A stretch of 64,000 nucleotides of DNA from Gemmatales bacterium (GTDB lineage Bacteria > Planctomycetota > Planctomycetia > Gemmatales > HRBIN36). The first letter of the stretch is position 1. Each line of letters starts with the position of its first letter. The notes below the pieces were generated by a model. The model saw only the letters and a list, made by a program, of their open reading frames with translations. It ran no database searches and was not told the DNA's origin. Positions 16,974 to 26,985 of this stretch are shown here, piece by piece. The stretch spans positions 210,984 to 274,983 of the forward strand of contig JBEPZY010000002.1 of assembly GCA_041640595.1 (NCBI GenBank), given 5' to 3'. The position numbers and the translations under genes are program-made.

Positions 16974-18090
16974 CAAGAGCGGCGGGCGTTATCCCGCCGT
17001 GGTATCGAAAAACGCATCTGCAACGGCGAGTGATCTTCGTGGAGTGGTTACGTTTGCCACTGCACAATCGGCTCCCGCACTACGGGGGGCTTACGCCCCC
17101 CGCTCTTGGTGAACGGTGTCCGGTCGGTGAGGAAATGGGGATTTTTGCGATACACGAACGCACGTTCCCAAGAGCGGCGGGCGTCAGCCCGCCGTGGTGT
17201 GGTAACGCCATTGCAATTGCGGACGCTTGCGACCAGCGACCCGCGTTAGGCTGCCGCTGGTCGGAAACCACGGTTGCAATGGCAAGGCACTGGATTTCCG
17301 CGTTTCGGATTCGCTTACCGAGTACATCCCACGGGGGGCTTACGCCCCCCGCTCTTGTTCCGACTACGACGACCGTCTGCCGAAAGAATGACGATTTTTG
17401 CGATGCACGAACGCACGTTCACAAGAGCGGCGGGGGTCAGCCCGCCGTGGTACGGTGAACCGAACGCCGTGCCGCAGGAATCACGCACTGTGCAGCGACT
17501 ATGCGACACGGAATCAAGAGCGGCGGGCCTCAGCCCGCCGTGGGTGTAAGTAACGCAATTGCAATTGCGGACGCGTTCGTCCAGCGGCGGGCGTGAGCCC
17601 GCCGTGTGTGTTGGGGAAGCGCACTTGCAAGAGCGCTTCCGCAAAGTCGCGGGGGACTGCCGACGGTGTGCTCACGAACGCCGGTGGAGTCGCAGTAGCG
17701 AACCCACGGGGGGCTTACGCCCCCCGCTCTTGTTCCGACTACGACGACCGTCTGCCGAAAGAATGACGATTTTTGCGATGCAGAAACGCACGTTCACAAG
17801 AGCGGCGGGGGTCAGCCCGCCGTGGTACGGTGAACCGAACGCCGTGCCGCAGGAATCACGCACTGTGCAGCGACTATGCGACACGGAATCAAGAGCGGCG
17901 GGCCTCAGCCCGCCGTGGGTTTGCAAATCGCGTGTGCGACGGCGATGCGATGAATTTCGGCGTCTCGAACTCGTGTGCGGAGCGCACTCCACGGGGGGCT
18001 TACGCCCCCCGCTCCTGGTTGCACGACGTGCGTTCGGCACAAGATGCGCGGTTTGCGATGCGAAGACGCTCGTCCGGCCAAGAGCGGCGG
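16974..18090. repeat. REP/REPIN-like palindrome cluster 1 (about 12 hairpins) with an internal 375-bp-offset duplication
   Basis: CAAGAGCGGCGGGCGTCAGCCCGCCGTGG forward copies and CCACGGGGGGCTTACGCCCCCCGCTCTTG inverted copies; 17328-17545 repeated at 17703-17920. Confidence 0.9.
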
Positions 18091-18109
18091 CGCTTTCGTG
18101 AGCTGGCGG

Positions 18110-18598
18110 GATTTTCCACCAGCTTGCTACGTTCCGAATTGGTAACGCTGGGCTCAGCCTAGCAAAACCCGCCCCGGCCATGGCGATTTTGCATCGGCTT
18201 GCTTCTTTCCGAATTGGCAACGGCGGTGCGATTTTGGTTCGGCTCCTTGGGCTTTCGGCGACTTTACACCTGTTTGCTACGTTCCGAATTGGTAACGCTG
18301 AGCTCAGCGTAGCAAAGCCCGCCCCGGCCATGGCAATTTTCCATCGGATTGCTTCTTTCCGAATTGGCAACGGCGGTGCGATTTTGGTTCGGCTCCTCGG
18401 GCTTTCGGGGATTTTGCACCGGCTTGCTACGTTCCGAATTGGTAACGCTGGGCTCAGCTTAGCAAAGCCCGTCCCGGCCACGGCGATTTCGCATCGGCTT
18501 GCTTCTTTCCGAATTGGCAACGGCGGTGCGATTTTGGCTCGGCTCCTCGGGCTTTCGGCGACTTTGCACCAGCTTGCTACGTTCCGAATTGGTAACGG
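18110..18598. repeat. Tandem array, exact 75-bp period with 150-bp A/B higher-order unit (7 cores)
   Basis: TTCCGAATTGG at 18132, 18207, 18282, 18357, 18432, 18507, 18582. Confidence 0.93.
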
Positions 18599-19066
18599 CT
18601 ACACAGAGCCTGGCGGCTTGCCGTCGCAAACGCCGGTTCGAGAAATCGGTCGAAGATTGCGACGTGTGGGCACAGCTTGCCCCAAACCGTGGACGAGGGC
18701 GCGGAGGATACGTGATGCCCCAGGTTGCTGGGGTCGTCCTTGCCAAAGGTAGTGCGGGGACGAAGGTGCGTGCCATGTGGGGTGCCCTGGGTTGTTGCGG
18801 TTATCGTTGCCAAGGGGTGATGCCTCAGAGGGCTTATCAAACGTCGCGCCTAGACGAAGGTGCGTACAATGCTTGTTGCCCTGAACCACGCCGGAGCGGG
18901 AAAAGTTCTCGTCCGCGGAAGGTATTCACGCTGCCGCACAGTGCGGTGTGATTTGAATCTGGCCGGGACAGGTCAATTTTGCGTCAGCGCAAGATGTCCC
19001 CAGAGGCCGTAGTCTCGCCTGATGCTGAGCGAGACTGCGAGGGTAAAATTTTTCGTCGGGGACTGC

Positions 19067-19094
19067 TTGACGGCAGACAGGCGGTTTGTACATT
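19067..19094 (+). promoter_or_regulatory. Putative sigma-70 promoter of the S10 operon
   Basis: TTGACG (19067-72), 16 bp, TACATT (19089-94), about 65 bp upstream of rpsJ. Confidence 0.5.
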
Positions 19095-19160
19095 ATGTCT
19101 TTCCCGTTACCTGGCGTCGCGGCGAGCGAGGTCAGGACGGGTCAGCAGGGAGTGTCAGAC

Positions 19161-19487
19161 GTGGCGGCCATTGCCCAGGAGCGGATTCGCATTCGAATGG
19201 AGGCTTACGATCACAGCATCCTCGATGAATCCGCCAAGCGCATTGTCGAAACTGCGGAGCTGACGGGAGCGAAGGTGCATGGGCCGATTCCTCTGCCCAC
19301 CCGCATCGAGCGCTACACCGTCCTGCGCAGCCCGCATATTGACAAAAAATCCCGGGAACAATTTGAGATTCGCACGCACCGCCGGCTCATTGATATTTAC
19401 GAGCCGAACTCCCGTACTATTGAGGCTCTGAACAAACTCACCCTGCCGGCGGGCGTGGATATCAAAATCAAAGCCAGTGCTGGCTAA
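19161..19487 (+). CDS. rpsJ: 30S ribosomal protein S10 (uS10)
   Basis: [39 protein letters not shown] start after GGGAG. Confidence 0.97.
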   Translation: MAAIAQERIRIRMEAYDHSILDESAKRIVETAELTGAKVHGPIPLPTRIERYTVLRSPHIDKKSREQFEIRTHRRLIDIYEPNSRTIEALNKLTLPAGVDIKIKASAG

Positions 19488-19661
19488 GCGAAAGGGCTGT
19501 TCCCGGGGGGAGAAGCAGGCGAGCCTGGCATTCGGCGCGTTGTGGCCGATCACGGCATCAAGCGAGTGTGCACGGTCGGGCTGGCGGCTGACCGGAACCG
19601 GCAGCGCAGCGGTTAGGAAAGTCGCCACGATCGCTGTGACTATTTCTTTGACGAGAGGCCC

Positions 19662-20378
19662 ATGATTACGCTGAATGTGTATAACCAGCAGGGAGATGCG
19701 GTCGGCACCGTGCAGGTGGACCCGGCGGAATTCGGCGGTCGGGTCAACAAGGTGTTGCTGCACGAGGTGGTGTTGATGCATCTGGCCAATCGTCGCCGCG
19801 GTACTCATTCCACCAAACGGCGCGGTGAAGTCGAAGGAAGTACACGCAAACTCTATCGGCAGAAAGGAACCGGACGTGCTCGCGTGGGTTCCCGGCGAAC
19901 CAACAAGCGCGTCGGTGGCGGCACCGCCAAAGGTCCCAAACCACGCGATTATCACTATCGCCTGCCCAAAAAAGCCGTCCGCATGGCCATCTGCCAGGCG
20001 ATTCTCAGCAAGCTCCTGGATGGCGAAACCGTCATTGTGGATGACCTGCACCTGCCGGAGGTGAAAACCAAACACATGGCGAAAATTCTCAAAAACCTCC
20101 GGCTGGACGGTATTTCCACGCTTATTGGCCTGGACGACTACAACCAGGACCTGTACCGTGCGGCACGGAATATCCCCAACGTGCTGCTGTATCCGATCCG
20201 CGAATTCAATACGTATGTGGTGCTGCGGCAGAAACGATTGCTGCTGACGCTGAAGGCTCTGGAGGCGCTGCGGGCCAGGGCACGCGCCATCGTCGGATAT
20301 AACGGCGAAACCGCGGGCGAGTCAGCAGCCGTTTCGCAGGAAAAGACGCCGGCGGCACTGGCAACGTCGGCCACGTAA
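19662..20378 (+). CDS. rplD: 50S ribosomal protein L4 (uL4)
   Basis: RRGTHSTKRRGEV, RQKGTGRAR, GGGTAKGPKPRDY. Confidence 0.97.
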   Translation: MITLNVYNQQGDAVGTVQVDPAEFGGRVNKVLLHEVVLMHLANRRRGTHSTKRRGEVEGSTRKLYRQKGTGRARVGSRRTNKRVGGGTAKGPKPRDYHYRLPKKAVRMAICQAILSKLLDGETVIVDDLHLPEVKTKHMAKILKNLRLDGISTLIGLDDYNQDLYRAARNIPNVLLYPIREFNTYVVLRQKRLLLTLKALEALRARARAIVGYNGETAGESAAVSQEKTPAALATSAT

Positions 20379-20518
20379 TGCTTTCCTGGCCGGCCCACCA
20401 GGAAATCGGCGTCGCCGGAAAAATTGCGAGGGTCTGGCACCTCGGCAGGGAAACCAATTATGGCAGCTAAGGCCGGTGGTTGTGCCATCGGCTCTTCATG
20501 ACCGGGACACGGATTACC

Positions 20519-20842
20519 ATGCTCCGACTCAAACCAGGCGAACAGCGCACGAAAGGCCCCAAGCTCCAGCCGTATCAGATTATCCTCCGCCCGATTATCA
20601 CGGAAAAAAGTCTGCACCAGGCGGAGCGCCGGCGGCATTATACCTTTGAAGTCAACCAGTATGCGACCAAGCCGGAGATCAAGGCGGCCGTCGAAGAACT
20701 CTTCCATGTACGGGTGCTGCGAGTCCGCGTCATGAACCGTCTGGGCAAGCCGAAACGGTTTCGCGGCATTGAGGGCCGCACCTCCGGCTACAAAAAAGCC
20801 ATCGTCGTGCTTCATCCGGAAGACCATATTGACCTGTTCTAA
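20519..20842 (+). CDS. rplW: 50S ribosomal protein L23 (uL23)
   Basis: IILRPIITEKS, ATKPEIKAAVEELF, YKKAIVVL. Confidence 0.96.
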   Translation: MLRLKPGEQRTKGPKLQPYQIILRPIITEKSLHQAERRRHYTFEVNQYATKPEIKAAVEELFHVRVLRVRVMNRLGKPKRFRGIEGRTSGYKKAIVVLHPEDHIDLF

Positions 20843-20928
20843 GCGGAACGCAACAGCGAAACCGAATCAGCGTACAATGCCTGGCCAGATAACCTGCTGA
20901 AGACGGAAACATAAACGGGAATATCACC

Positions 20929-21783
20929 ATGGGCATTCGCTATTACAAGCCAACCAGTCCCGGTCGTCGCCACGGTGCCGTGAGCGATTTCGCAGAGATT
21001 ACCGACCGGAAGAAGGAACCGGAAAAGAGCCTGCTCGAACCTTACGTTCGCAGTGGCGGTCGCAATAACCAGGGAATCATTACCTCGCGGCATCGTGGTG
21101 GCGGGCACAAGCGGATGTACCGCATCATTGATTTCAAGCGCGACAAGGACAACGTCTGGGGCACGGTGCTGGCGATCGAATACGATCCGAACCGGTCGGC
21201 CCGGATTGCCCTGGTGGAATACGAAGACGGCGAGCGTCGCTATCACCTGGCCCCGGAAGGCTTGAAAGCCGGCGATAAGATCATTTCCGGCGAGAATGTG
21301 GAGCCGCGATTGGGAAACTGCCTGCCGCTCCGCAAAATCCCGCTGGGTATGGAAGTGCACAACATTGAACTGACGCCGGGACGCGGCGGGCAACTGTGTC
21401 GCAGTGCCGGCACCAGTGCGACGTTGACGGCCCGCGAGGGAAAATGGGCCCAGCTGACCTTGCCGTCGGGGGAAATGCGGCGGGTACCGGCCGATTGTCG
21501 CGCTACCATCGGGCGGGTCAGCAATCCCGACCACATGAACATTCCGCTGGGGAAGGCGGGACGGAGTCGCTGGCTGGGAATTCGCCCACATGTCCGCGGT
21601 GTGGCCATGAGTCCTTACGCCCACCCGATGGGAGGCGGTGAGGGTCGCACCAAAGGCGGTCGGCATCCGTGCAGCCCCACTGGGGTGCTGGCCAAAGGCG
21701 GCAAGACTCGCAAACCTCGCAAGCCTTCCAACAAATTCATCATTCGTCGCCGTCCGCCGGGACCTCACTATCGCCAGGGCTAA
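20929..21783 (+). CDS. rplB: 50S ribosomal protein L2 (uL2)
   Basis: [37 protein letters not shown]. Confidence 0.98.
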   Translation: MGIRYYKPTSPGRRHGAVSDFAEITDRKKEPEKSLLEPYVRSGGRNNQGIITSRHRGGGHKRMYRIIDFKRDKDNVWGTVLAIEYDPNRSARIALVEYEDGERRYHLAPEGLKAGDKIISGENVEPRLGNCLPLRKIPLGMEVHNIELTPGRGGQLCRSAGTSATLTAREGKWAQLTLPSGEMRRVPADCRATIGRVSNPDHMNIPLGKAGRSRWLGIRPHVRGVAMSPYAHPMGGGEGRTKGGRHPCSPTGVLAKGGKTRKPRKPSNKFIIRRRPPGPHYRQG

Positions 21784-21840
21784 GCTGAACGTGAGCATTC
21801 CCAGCTTCGGGCGAGTGCCAGAGCATAGTGGAGCGATCCT

Positions 21841-22125
21841 ATGAGCCGATCGCTGAAAAAAGGCCCTTACGTAGATGCCAAGCTGCGCAAAAAAGTCATG
21901 AAGCAGATGGAGTCCAGGAAAAAAGAGCCCATCAAAACCTGGGCCCGTGATTGCACGATCATTCCGGAATTCGTGGGATTTACTTTTCTGGTGCACAACG
22001 GTCGGGTCTTCAACAAGGTGTTCGTAACGGAAGACATGGTGGGGCATAAACTTGGGGAATTTTCCCCGACCCGCATCTTCCGTGGGCACAGCGGTCAGAA
22101 AAAGGCGGCCACTGGACAGAAGTGA
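21841..22125 (+). CDS. rpsS: 30S ribosomal protein S19 (uS19)
   Basis: [25 protein letters not shown]. Confidence 0.98.
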   Translation: MSRSLKKGPYVDAKLRKKVMKQMESRKKEPIKTWARDCTIIPEFVGFTFLVHNGRVFNKVFVTEDMVGHKLGEFSPTRIFRGHSGQKKAATGQK

Positions 22126-22146
22126 ATACAATATAATGGCTGGCAT

Positions 22147-22218
22147 CGCGGGGTGGAGCAGTGGCAGCTCGCCAGGCTCATAACCTGGAGGTCGCGGGTT
22201 CGAATCCCGCCCCCGCAA
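22147..22218 (+). tRNA. Initiator tRNA-fMet (CAT), CCA not encoded
   Basis: CGCGGGGTGGAGCAGTGGCAGCTCG-CCAGG-CTCATAA-CCTGG-AGGTCGCGGGTTCGAATCCCGC-CCCCGCAA; cloverleaf, C1:A72 mismatch, TTCGAAT T-loop. Confidence 0.96.
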
Positions 22219-22289
22219 TTTCTCAAGCCTAGCAGCCATTGGAGCCCTCCTTTCGTCCAGGTCGGCCGTGGCAGCCGACCTCAGCTCCC

Positions 22290-22324
22290 GCGACGTTCCC
22301 CTTTCCGGGGAACGTCGCTTTCTT
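22290..22324 (+). terminator. Intrinsic terminator-like hairpin downstream of the tRNA
   Basis: 12-bp perfect stem GCGACGTTCCCC / GGGGAACGTCGC, loop TTTCC, followed by TTTCTT. Confidence 0.65.
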
Positions 22325-22353
22325 AGTCTTTTCGGGCAAATGCGGAGCGTCGC

Positions 22354-22707
22354 ATGGCCAAGGCAAACTTAGCTAGATATCGGCTCTATACTGCCCACCA
22401 TTACTTCGCCGACATGGGGGCACGCAAGGTGCGCCCATTTGCCCGGCTGATTACCAACAAAAACGTCGAGGAGGCGCTGGAACTGTTGCGTTATTATCCG
22501 AATCGTGGAGCGCGGCTTCTGGAAAAGGTGCTGCGCAGTGCCATCGGCAACGCCGTGGACCAGGGAGCGAACCGGCCGTATGACCTCAACGTCTTGGAAG
22601 CGCGGGTGGACGATGGCCCGATGTGGAAACGTGTGCATCCCCGAGCCCGAGGGATGGCGTATCTGGTCCGCCGAAGGCTCTGCCATATCCACGTAACCAT
22701 CGGCTGA
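22354..22707 (+). CDS. rplV: 50S ribosomal protein L22 (uL22)
   Basis: ARKVR, KVLRSAIGNA, VDDGPMWKRVHPRARG. Confidence 0.95.
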   Translation: MAKANLARYRLYTAHHYFADMGARKVRPFARLITNKNVEEALELLRYYPNRGARLLEKVLRSAIGNAVDQGANRPYDLNVLEARVDDGPMWKRVHPRARGMAYLVRRRLCHIHVTIG

Positions 22708-22729
22708 TTGCAGACCCGGAGAACCGCAG

Positions 22730-23446
22730 ATGGGACAGAAAGTTTGTCCGATCGGCTTTCGCGTCGGCGTCATGGAAGACTGGCGTAGTCGCTGGTACGC
22801 CGGCAAACGGGAATTCGCCGACCTGCTCGTCGAAGACGAGCAAATTCGCCGCTATATCAAGAAAAACTACGCAGAAACCGGTATCGCTCGCATCGAAATC
22901 GAACGCACCCGCGAGGCGGTAAAAGTCTTCGTGCATGCCGCTCGCAGCGGTATGCTCATCGGAAAACGCGGCGCGGAAGCCGATGAGCTTACCCGCAAAC
23001 TCGAAGACCTCACCGGCCGGAAAATTGACCTCAAAATCCAGCCAGTGGACAAACCGGAACTGAGTGCCCAGCTGGTGGCAGAGGATATTGCCGAGCAGCT
23101 GGTCAAACGTGCCAGTTTCCGCCGCGCCATGAAACGTGCCGCCGATCAGACCATGGAAGCGGGAGCGCGCGGTATCAAGATACAGCTTTCCGGTCGGCTG
23201 GCGGGTGCGGAAATGGCACGGTGCGAAAAGGAAATTCGCGGTCGCATCCCGCTGCAAACGCTGCGGGCGAAAATTGACTACGGCTTTGCCATTGCCCGCA
23301 CCACGCTGGGTGTGATTGGCGTGAAAGTGTGGATCAATCTCGGCGATTATCTGGAGGAGGCCAGCCATGCCCCTGATGCCCAAGCGGGTCAAGTATCGAA
23401 AAAGCCAGCGCGGGCGCGTGCGCGGCAACGCCTGGCGGGGGAATGA
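22730..23446 (+). CDS. rpsC: 30S ribosomal protein S3 (uS3)
   Basis: MGQKVCPIGFR, GRLAGAEMAR, GRIPLQTLRAKIDY, GVIGVKVWI. Confidence 0.97.
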   Translation: MGQKVCPIGFRVGVMEDWRSRWYAGKREFADLLVEDEQIRRYIKKNYAETGIARIEIERTREAVKVFVHAARSGMLIGKRGAEADELTRKLEDLTGRKIDLKIQPVDKPELSAQLVAEDIAEQLVKRASFRRAMKRAADQTMEAGARGIKIQLSGRLAGAEMARCEKEIRGRIPLQTLRAKIDYGFAIARTTLGVIGVKVWINLGDYLEEASHAPDAQAGQVSKKPARARARQRLAGE

Positions 23447-23792
23447 AGTCGCTTTCGGTGAGTATGGATTGCAATCGCTGGAAGGGGGCTGGCTCAGCGC
23501 CCAGTGCATCGAAGCCGGCCGCGTTACCGCTTCGCATTTCCTTCGCGGCGAGGGACGCATTTACATCCGCGTCTTCCCGCACAAGTCGGTTTCCGCCAAG
23601 CCCGCCGAGACCCGCATGGGCAAGGGAAAAGGCGAACCGGAATACTGGGCGGCCGTCGTCAAACCCGGACAGATTCTTTACGAGATCGGCGGCGTGCCCG
23701 AAGATGCGGCGCGGGAATGCCTGGCACGAGTCGCTCACAAAATGCCTTTCAAGTGCCGCTTCGTAACTCGCCGTCCCAGCATTGGAGGCTAG
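23367..23792 (+). CDS. rplP: 50S ribosomal protein L16 (uL16)
   Basis: LMPKRVKYRKSQRG, KPAETRMGKGKG; GGAGG RBS inside rpsC. Confidence 0.97.
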   Translation: MPLMPKRVKYRKSQRGRVRGNAWRGNEVAFGEYGLQSLEGGWLSAQCIEAGRVTASHFLRGEGRIYIRVFPHKSVSAKPAETRMGKGKGEPEYWAAVVKPGQILYEIGGVPEDAARECLARVAHKMPFKCRFVTRRPSIGG

Positions 23793-23795
23793 CCC

Positions 23796-24038
23796 ATGGC
23801 CAGGCCCTTGAAAGCACGCGACCTGCGGCAGATGAGCGACGAACAGCTGGATTTGCTGTACCAGGAGCGCACCCGCGATCTGTTTTCCCTGCGGGTACAG
23901 GCCTCGACACAGCGGCGGGATGTGCCCATGGAAATCCGCAAGGCTCGCCGCGACATCGCCCGTATCCTGACCGTCAAACGCGAACGGGAGCTGCAACGGC
24001 AAGCGTCCGCGGCGGGTGCAGGTAACACCGCTTCCTGA
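23796..24038 (+). CDS. rpmC: 50S ribosomal protein L29 (uL29)
   Basis: [26 protein letters not shown]; position. Confidence 0.93.
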   Translation: MARPLKARDLRQMSDEQLDLLYQERTRDLFSLRVQASTQRRDVPMEIRKARRDIARILTVKRERELQRQASAAGAGNTAS

Positions 24039-24148
24039 ACCGCCAGGGACACGACTGCGGAATCCGTCCGCGGATGCGTGTTGGGGCATTGGCACTCCCA
24101 CGCTTTCCCCTACCGACACGGGAACAAATCCGAGGGTGGATGGAAATT

Positions 24149-24472
24149 ATGAGCGAAGCAACACGTGGCCGACGCAAGGTGGCTATTGGCATCGTCACCA
24201 GCGACAAAATGAACAAGACTCGGCGGGTCGAGATTCCCCGTCTGGTGCAGCATCCCCGCTACGGTAAATACATTCGCCGCCGGACCGTCTGCTACGTGCA
24301 TGATGAGAACAACGAGTCGCGTGTGGGCGACACCGTCAAGATTATGGAAACTCGACCGCTGTCGAAACTGAAACGGTGGCGGCTGGTGGAAATCGTTGCC
24401 CGAGCCGCTACCCGTCAGGTGCTCGCCAGCACCACGCCGGCCCAGGAAAATCCGAACACAGCCAACCCGTAA
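24149..24472 (+). CDS. rpsQ: 30S ribosomal protein S17 (uS17)
   Basis: [38 protein letters not shown]. Confidence 0.97.
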   Translation: MSEATRGRRKVAIGIVTSDKMNKTRRVEIPRLVQHPRYGKYIRRRTVCYVHDENNESRVGDTVKIMETRPLSKLKRWRLVEIVARAATRQVLASTTPAQENPNTANP

Positions 24473-24526
24473 TATCGGGCCGGCTTCGCATTTTCCGAGC
24501 CTCTGGACATAAACGGGAGCGCCACC

Positions 24527-24895
24527 ATGATCCAGATGACGACTTATCTCGATGTCGCTGACAATACCGGTGCCAAAGAGTGCATGTGTATCAAAGTGCT
24601 CGGCGGCAGCAAACGCCGCTACGGTGGGCTTGGCGACATTATCGTCGCCAGTGTCAAGAAGGCGATCCCGGGCGGCGAGGTCAAGCCGGGCGATATTGTC
24701 AAGGGCGTCATTGTCCGCTGCAAGAAGCCGTATCGTCGGGAAGACGGCAGCTACGTCCGCTTCGACAGCAACGCCATGGTGCTGATTGACAACGAGAAGA
24801 ACCCGCGCGGCACACGCATCTTCGGTGCGGTGGCACGCGAGTTGCGCGAAAAAGGATTCATGAAAATCATCAGCCTGGCGGCGGAGGTCGTCTGA
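24527..24895 (+). CDS. rplN: 50S ribosomal protein L14 (uL14)
   Basis: [21 protein letters not shown]. Confidence 0.98.
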   Translation: MIQMTTYLDVADNTGAKECMCIKVLGGSKRRYGGLGDIIVASVKKAIPGGEVKPGDIVKGVIVRCKKPYRREDGSYVRFDSNAMVLIDNEKNPRGTRIFGAVARELREKGFMKIISLAAEVV

Positions 24896-24937
24896 ATGCG
24901 CCTCCCCGAGCCGGAGCACCTGCGCGGAGAAACTGGC

Positions 24938-25303
24938 ATGCATATCCGCCGAGGCGACACCGTCGTGGTCATCAAAGGCAGCGATGCTTCTCCTCAGCAT
25001 AACACCATCGCTCGCGTGCTCCAGGTTTTCCCCAAAGAGCGGAAGGTGCTCGTGGAGGGAGTGAACCTGGTGTGGAAGCATGTCCGGCCGTCCAGGCGAA
25101 ACCCCCGCGGTGGTCGTATCCAGAAGGAAATGCCGATCAGCGTCGCCAACGTCATGCTCTATTGCCCGCACTGTCAGCGGGGCGTGCGAGTCGGGCGTCG
25201 CTATCTGCCTGACGGCACGAAAGAACGCTACTGCAAAAAGTGCAAAAACAGCCTCGGCGTCATCGCCCGCAACAAGCGTGTCGCCAGCACTGGCGCTTCC
25301 TGA
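24938..25303 (+). CDS. rplX: 50S ribosomal protein L24 (uL24), with CxxC..CxxC
   Basis: [34 protein letters not shown]. Confidence 0.95.
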   Translation: MHIRRGDTVVVIKGSDASPQHNTIARVLQVFPKERKVLVEGVNLVWKHVRPSRRNPRGGRIQKEMPISVANVMLYCPHCQRGVRVGRRYLPDGTKERYCKKCKNSLGVIARNKRVASTGAS

Positions 25304-25378
25304 CCTGAATAGCCAGCACCGGCACCGACGCCGGATGACAATGCCAACGTCGAAAGCCTGAAAGCCAGCGAGGAACCT

Positions 25379-25921
25379 ATGGCCCGCTTGCTCGAAAAAT
25401 ATCGGCGTGAGGTCGTCCCCGAGTTGCAGAAGCGACTCGGTCGGTCCAACATCCTCAGCCTGCCCCGCCTGGAGAAAATCACGGTCAACATGGGTGTGGG
25501 CAAGGCGACGCAGGAACGGTCGCGGTTGGAAGAAGCGGCCCAGCACCTGGCACTCATTACCGGACAGAAACCGATTATCACCAAGGCGAAAAAATCGGTG
25601 AGCGGTTTCCGTCTTCGCAAGGGGATGGAGATCGGCTGCAAAGTCACGCTGCGCGGCAAGCGGATGTATGAGTTCCTCGATCGGCTCATCAGCATTGCCC
25701 TGCCGCGTATCCGTGATTTTCGCGGTCTGAATCCGCGTAGCTTCGACGGACACGGCAACTATTCCCTCGGACTTCCGGAGCAAACGGTCTTCCCCGAAGT
25801 GGACCCGGACAAGGTGCGCTACGCCCAGGGCATGGATGTGTGCATTACCACCACCGCCAAAAACGACGCCGAGGGACGATTACTGCTGCAATTGCTCGGC
25901 CTACCCTTCCGGGCTGAGTAA
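25379..25921 (+). CDS. rplE: 50S ribosomal protein L5 (uL5)
   Basis: LEKITVNMGVG, ITGQKP, ALPRIRDFRG. Confidence 0.98.
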   Translation: MARLLEKYRREVVPELQKRLGRSNILSLPRLEKITVNMGVGKATQERSRLEEAAQHLALITGQKPIITKAKKSVSGFRLRKGMEIGCKVTLRGKRMYEFLDRLISIALPRIRDFRGLNPRSFDGHGNYSLGLPEQTVFPEVDPDKVRYAQGMDVCITTTAKNDAEGRLLLQLLGLPFRAE

Positions 25922-26050
25922 GCGCGGTATCCGAAGAACGAAAAATCCCGGGCGTAAAATGCCAGATCAGGGAAGGAAAATTGCATCACCGAACCGACAA
26001 GCCGTCGAGCAATTTGGAAGCATCCGCTGGTCGGGTGAGGAATAAAAAGC

Positions 26051-26287
26051 ATGGCGGTCAAAGCGAAAAAGGCGAAATTTGCCAAACAGCTGCAACTTCT
26101 GGAAATCTATCGTCGCCAGCGTGAGCAAGCGAAGATTCCGCCACGGGAACTGATCCGCATACGCCTGCGGTGTCGGCTGTGTGGTCGGCCACGCGGTATT
26201 TACCGGAAATTCGGTATCTGCCGCATCTGCTTCCGCAACATGGCCAGCTGGGGTTTGATTCCCGGCGTGCGGAAGGCCAGCTGGTAA
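26051..26287 (+). CDS. rpsN: 30S ribosomal protein S14, zinc-binding type with N-terminal insertion
   Basis: [28 protein letters not shown]. Confidence 0.95.
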   Translation: MAVKAKKAKFAKQLQLLEIYRRQREQAKIPPRELIRIRLRCRLCGRPRGIYRKFGICRICFRNMASWGLIPGVRKASW

Positions 26288-26520
26288 GCCGACATCCAGG
26301 CCGAACAGCGGTGTTTGCTGCTTCGACGGCAGCGAACCTGGTTCGGGAATTCGCTCCGGATCGCCAGCGGCTTCACCCGCCCGCTTCGCCATCAACCGCC
26401 GCGAGTGCGGTTGAAAGGATCAGTGCTGAACCGTCTTTCTCTGCAAGGACTCGCTTGCTTCCTCACGGCAGGGGTCTTCGCTAACGTGCCTGCCATCCAG
26501 CACGATCAGGAACTGCCAAG

Positions 26521-26964
26521 ATGATGACCGACCCGATTGCCGACATGCTGACCCGCATCCGCAATGCCTTGCGCATCGAGGCCCCGTATGTGGATATGCC
26601 CTCCTCGCGCGAAAAAGTTGGCATCGCCCAGGTGCTCAAAGAAGAGGGCTACATTCTCGATTACCAGGTGGGACGGATTCGCCTGGACGAGCAAACCGGT
26701 CGCAAGGAGTTCTTCCCTGGCGAAAAAGACGCCAAGCCGATCCTGCGAATTTTCCTGAAATACGGCGACCAGGGCGAACAGGTGATTCGCTCCATCGAGC
26801 GGGTAAGCAAACCGGGCCGGCGGATCTATCGCGGTTACCGCGACCTCAAGCCGGTACTCAATGGTCTGGGCATCGCGGTGGTGAGCACCAGTCGGGGCAT
26901 CATGAGCGACCGGCAGGCACGCCGTCGGCATCTCGGCGGCGAAGTTCTGTGCGAAGTCTGGTAA
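26521..26964 (+). CDS. rpsH: 30S ribosomal protein S8 (uS8)
   Basis: [34 protein letters not shown]. Confidence 0.97.
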   Translation: MMTDPIADMLTRIRNALRIEAPYVDMPSSREKVGIAQVLKEEGYILDYQVGRIRLDEQTGRKEFFPGEKDAKPILRIFLKYGDQGEQVIRSIERVSKPGRRIYRGYRDLKPVLNGLGIAVVSTSRGIMSDRQARRRHLGGEVLCEVW

Positions 26965-26985
26965 CGGCCGATCAGGAGAGGAGCC

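Noticed and set aside
16922..18162. ORFs containing HGGLTPAAL / RAAGVSPPW peptides (also at 33.5-34.8, 47.9-48.8 and 52.7-53.7 kb)
   Set aside because: They are translations of the GC-rich REP-like hairpins in several frames, with no RBS or protein-like composition
19477..19665. 62-aa ORF between rpsJ and rplD as an rplC remnant
   Set aside because: No recognisable uL3 motifs
22147..22290. tRNA as integration site of a mobile element
   Set aside because: No integrase and no duplicated tRNA 3' end seen in the window
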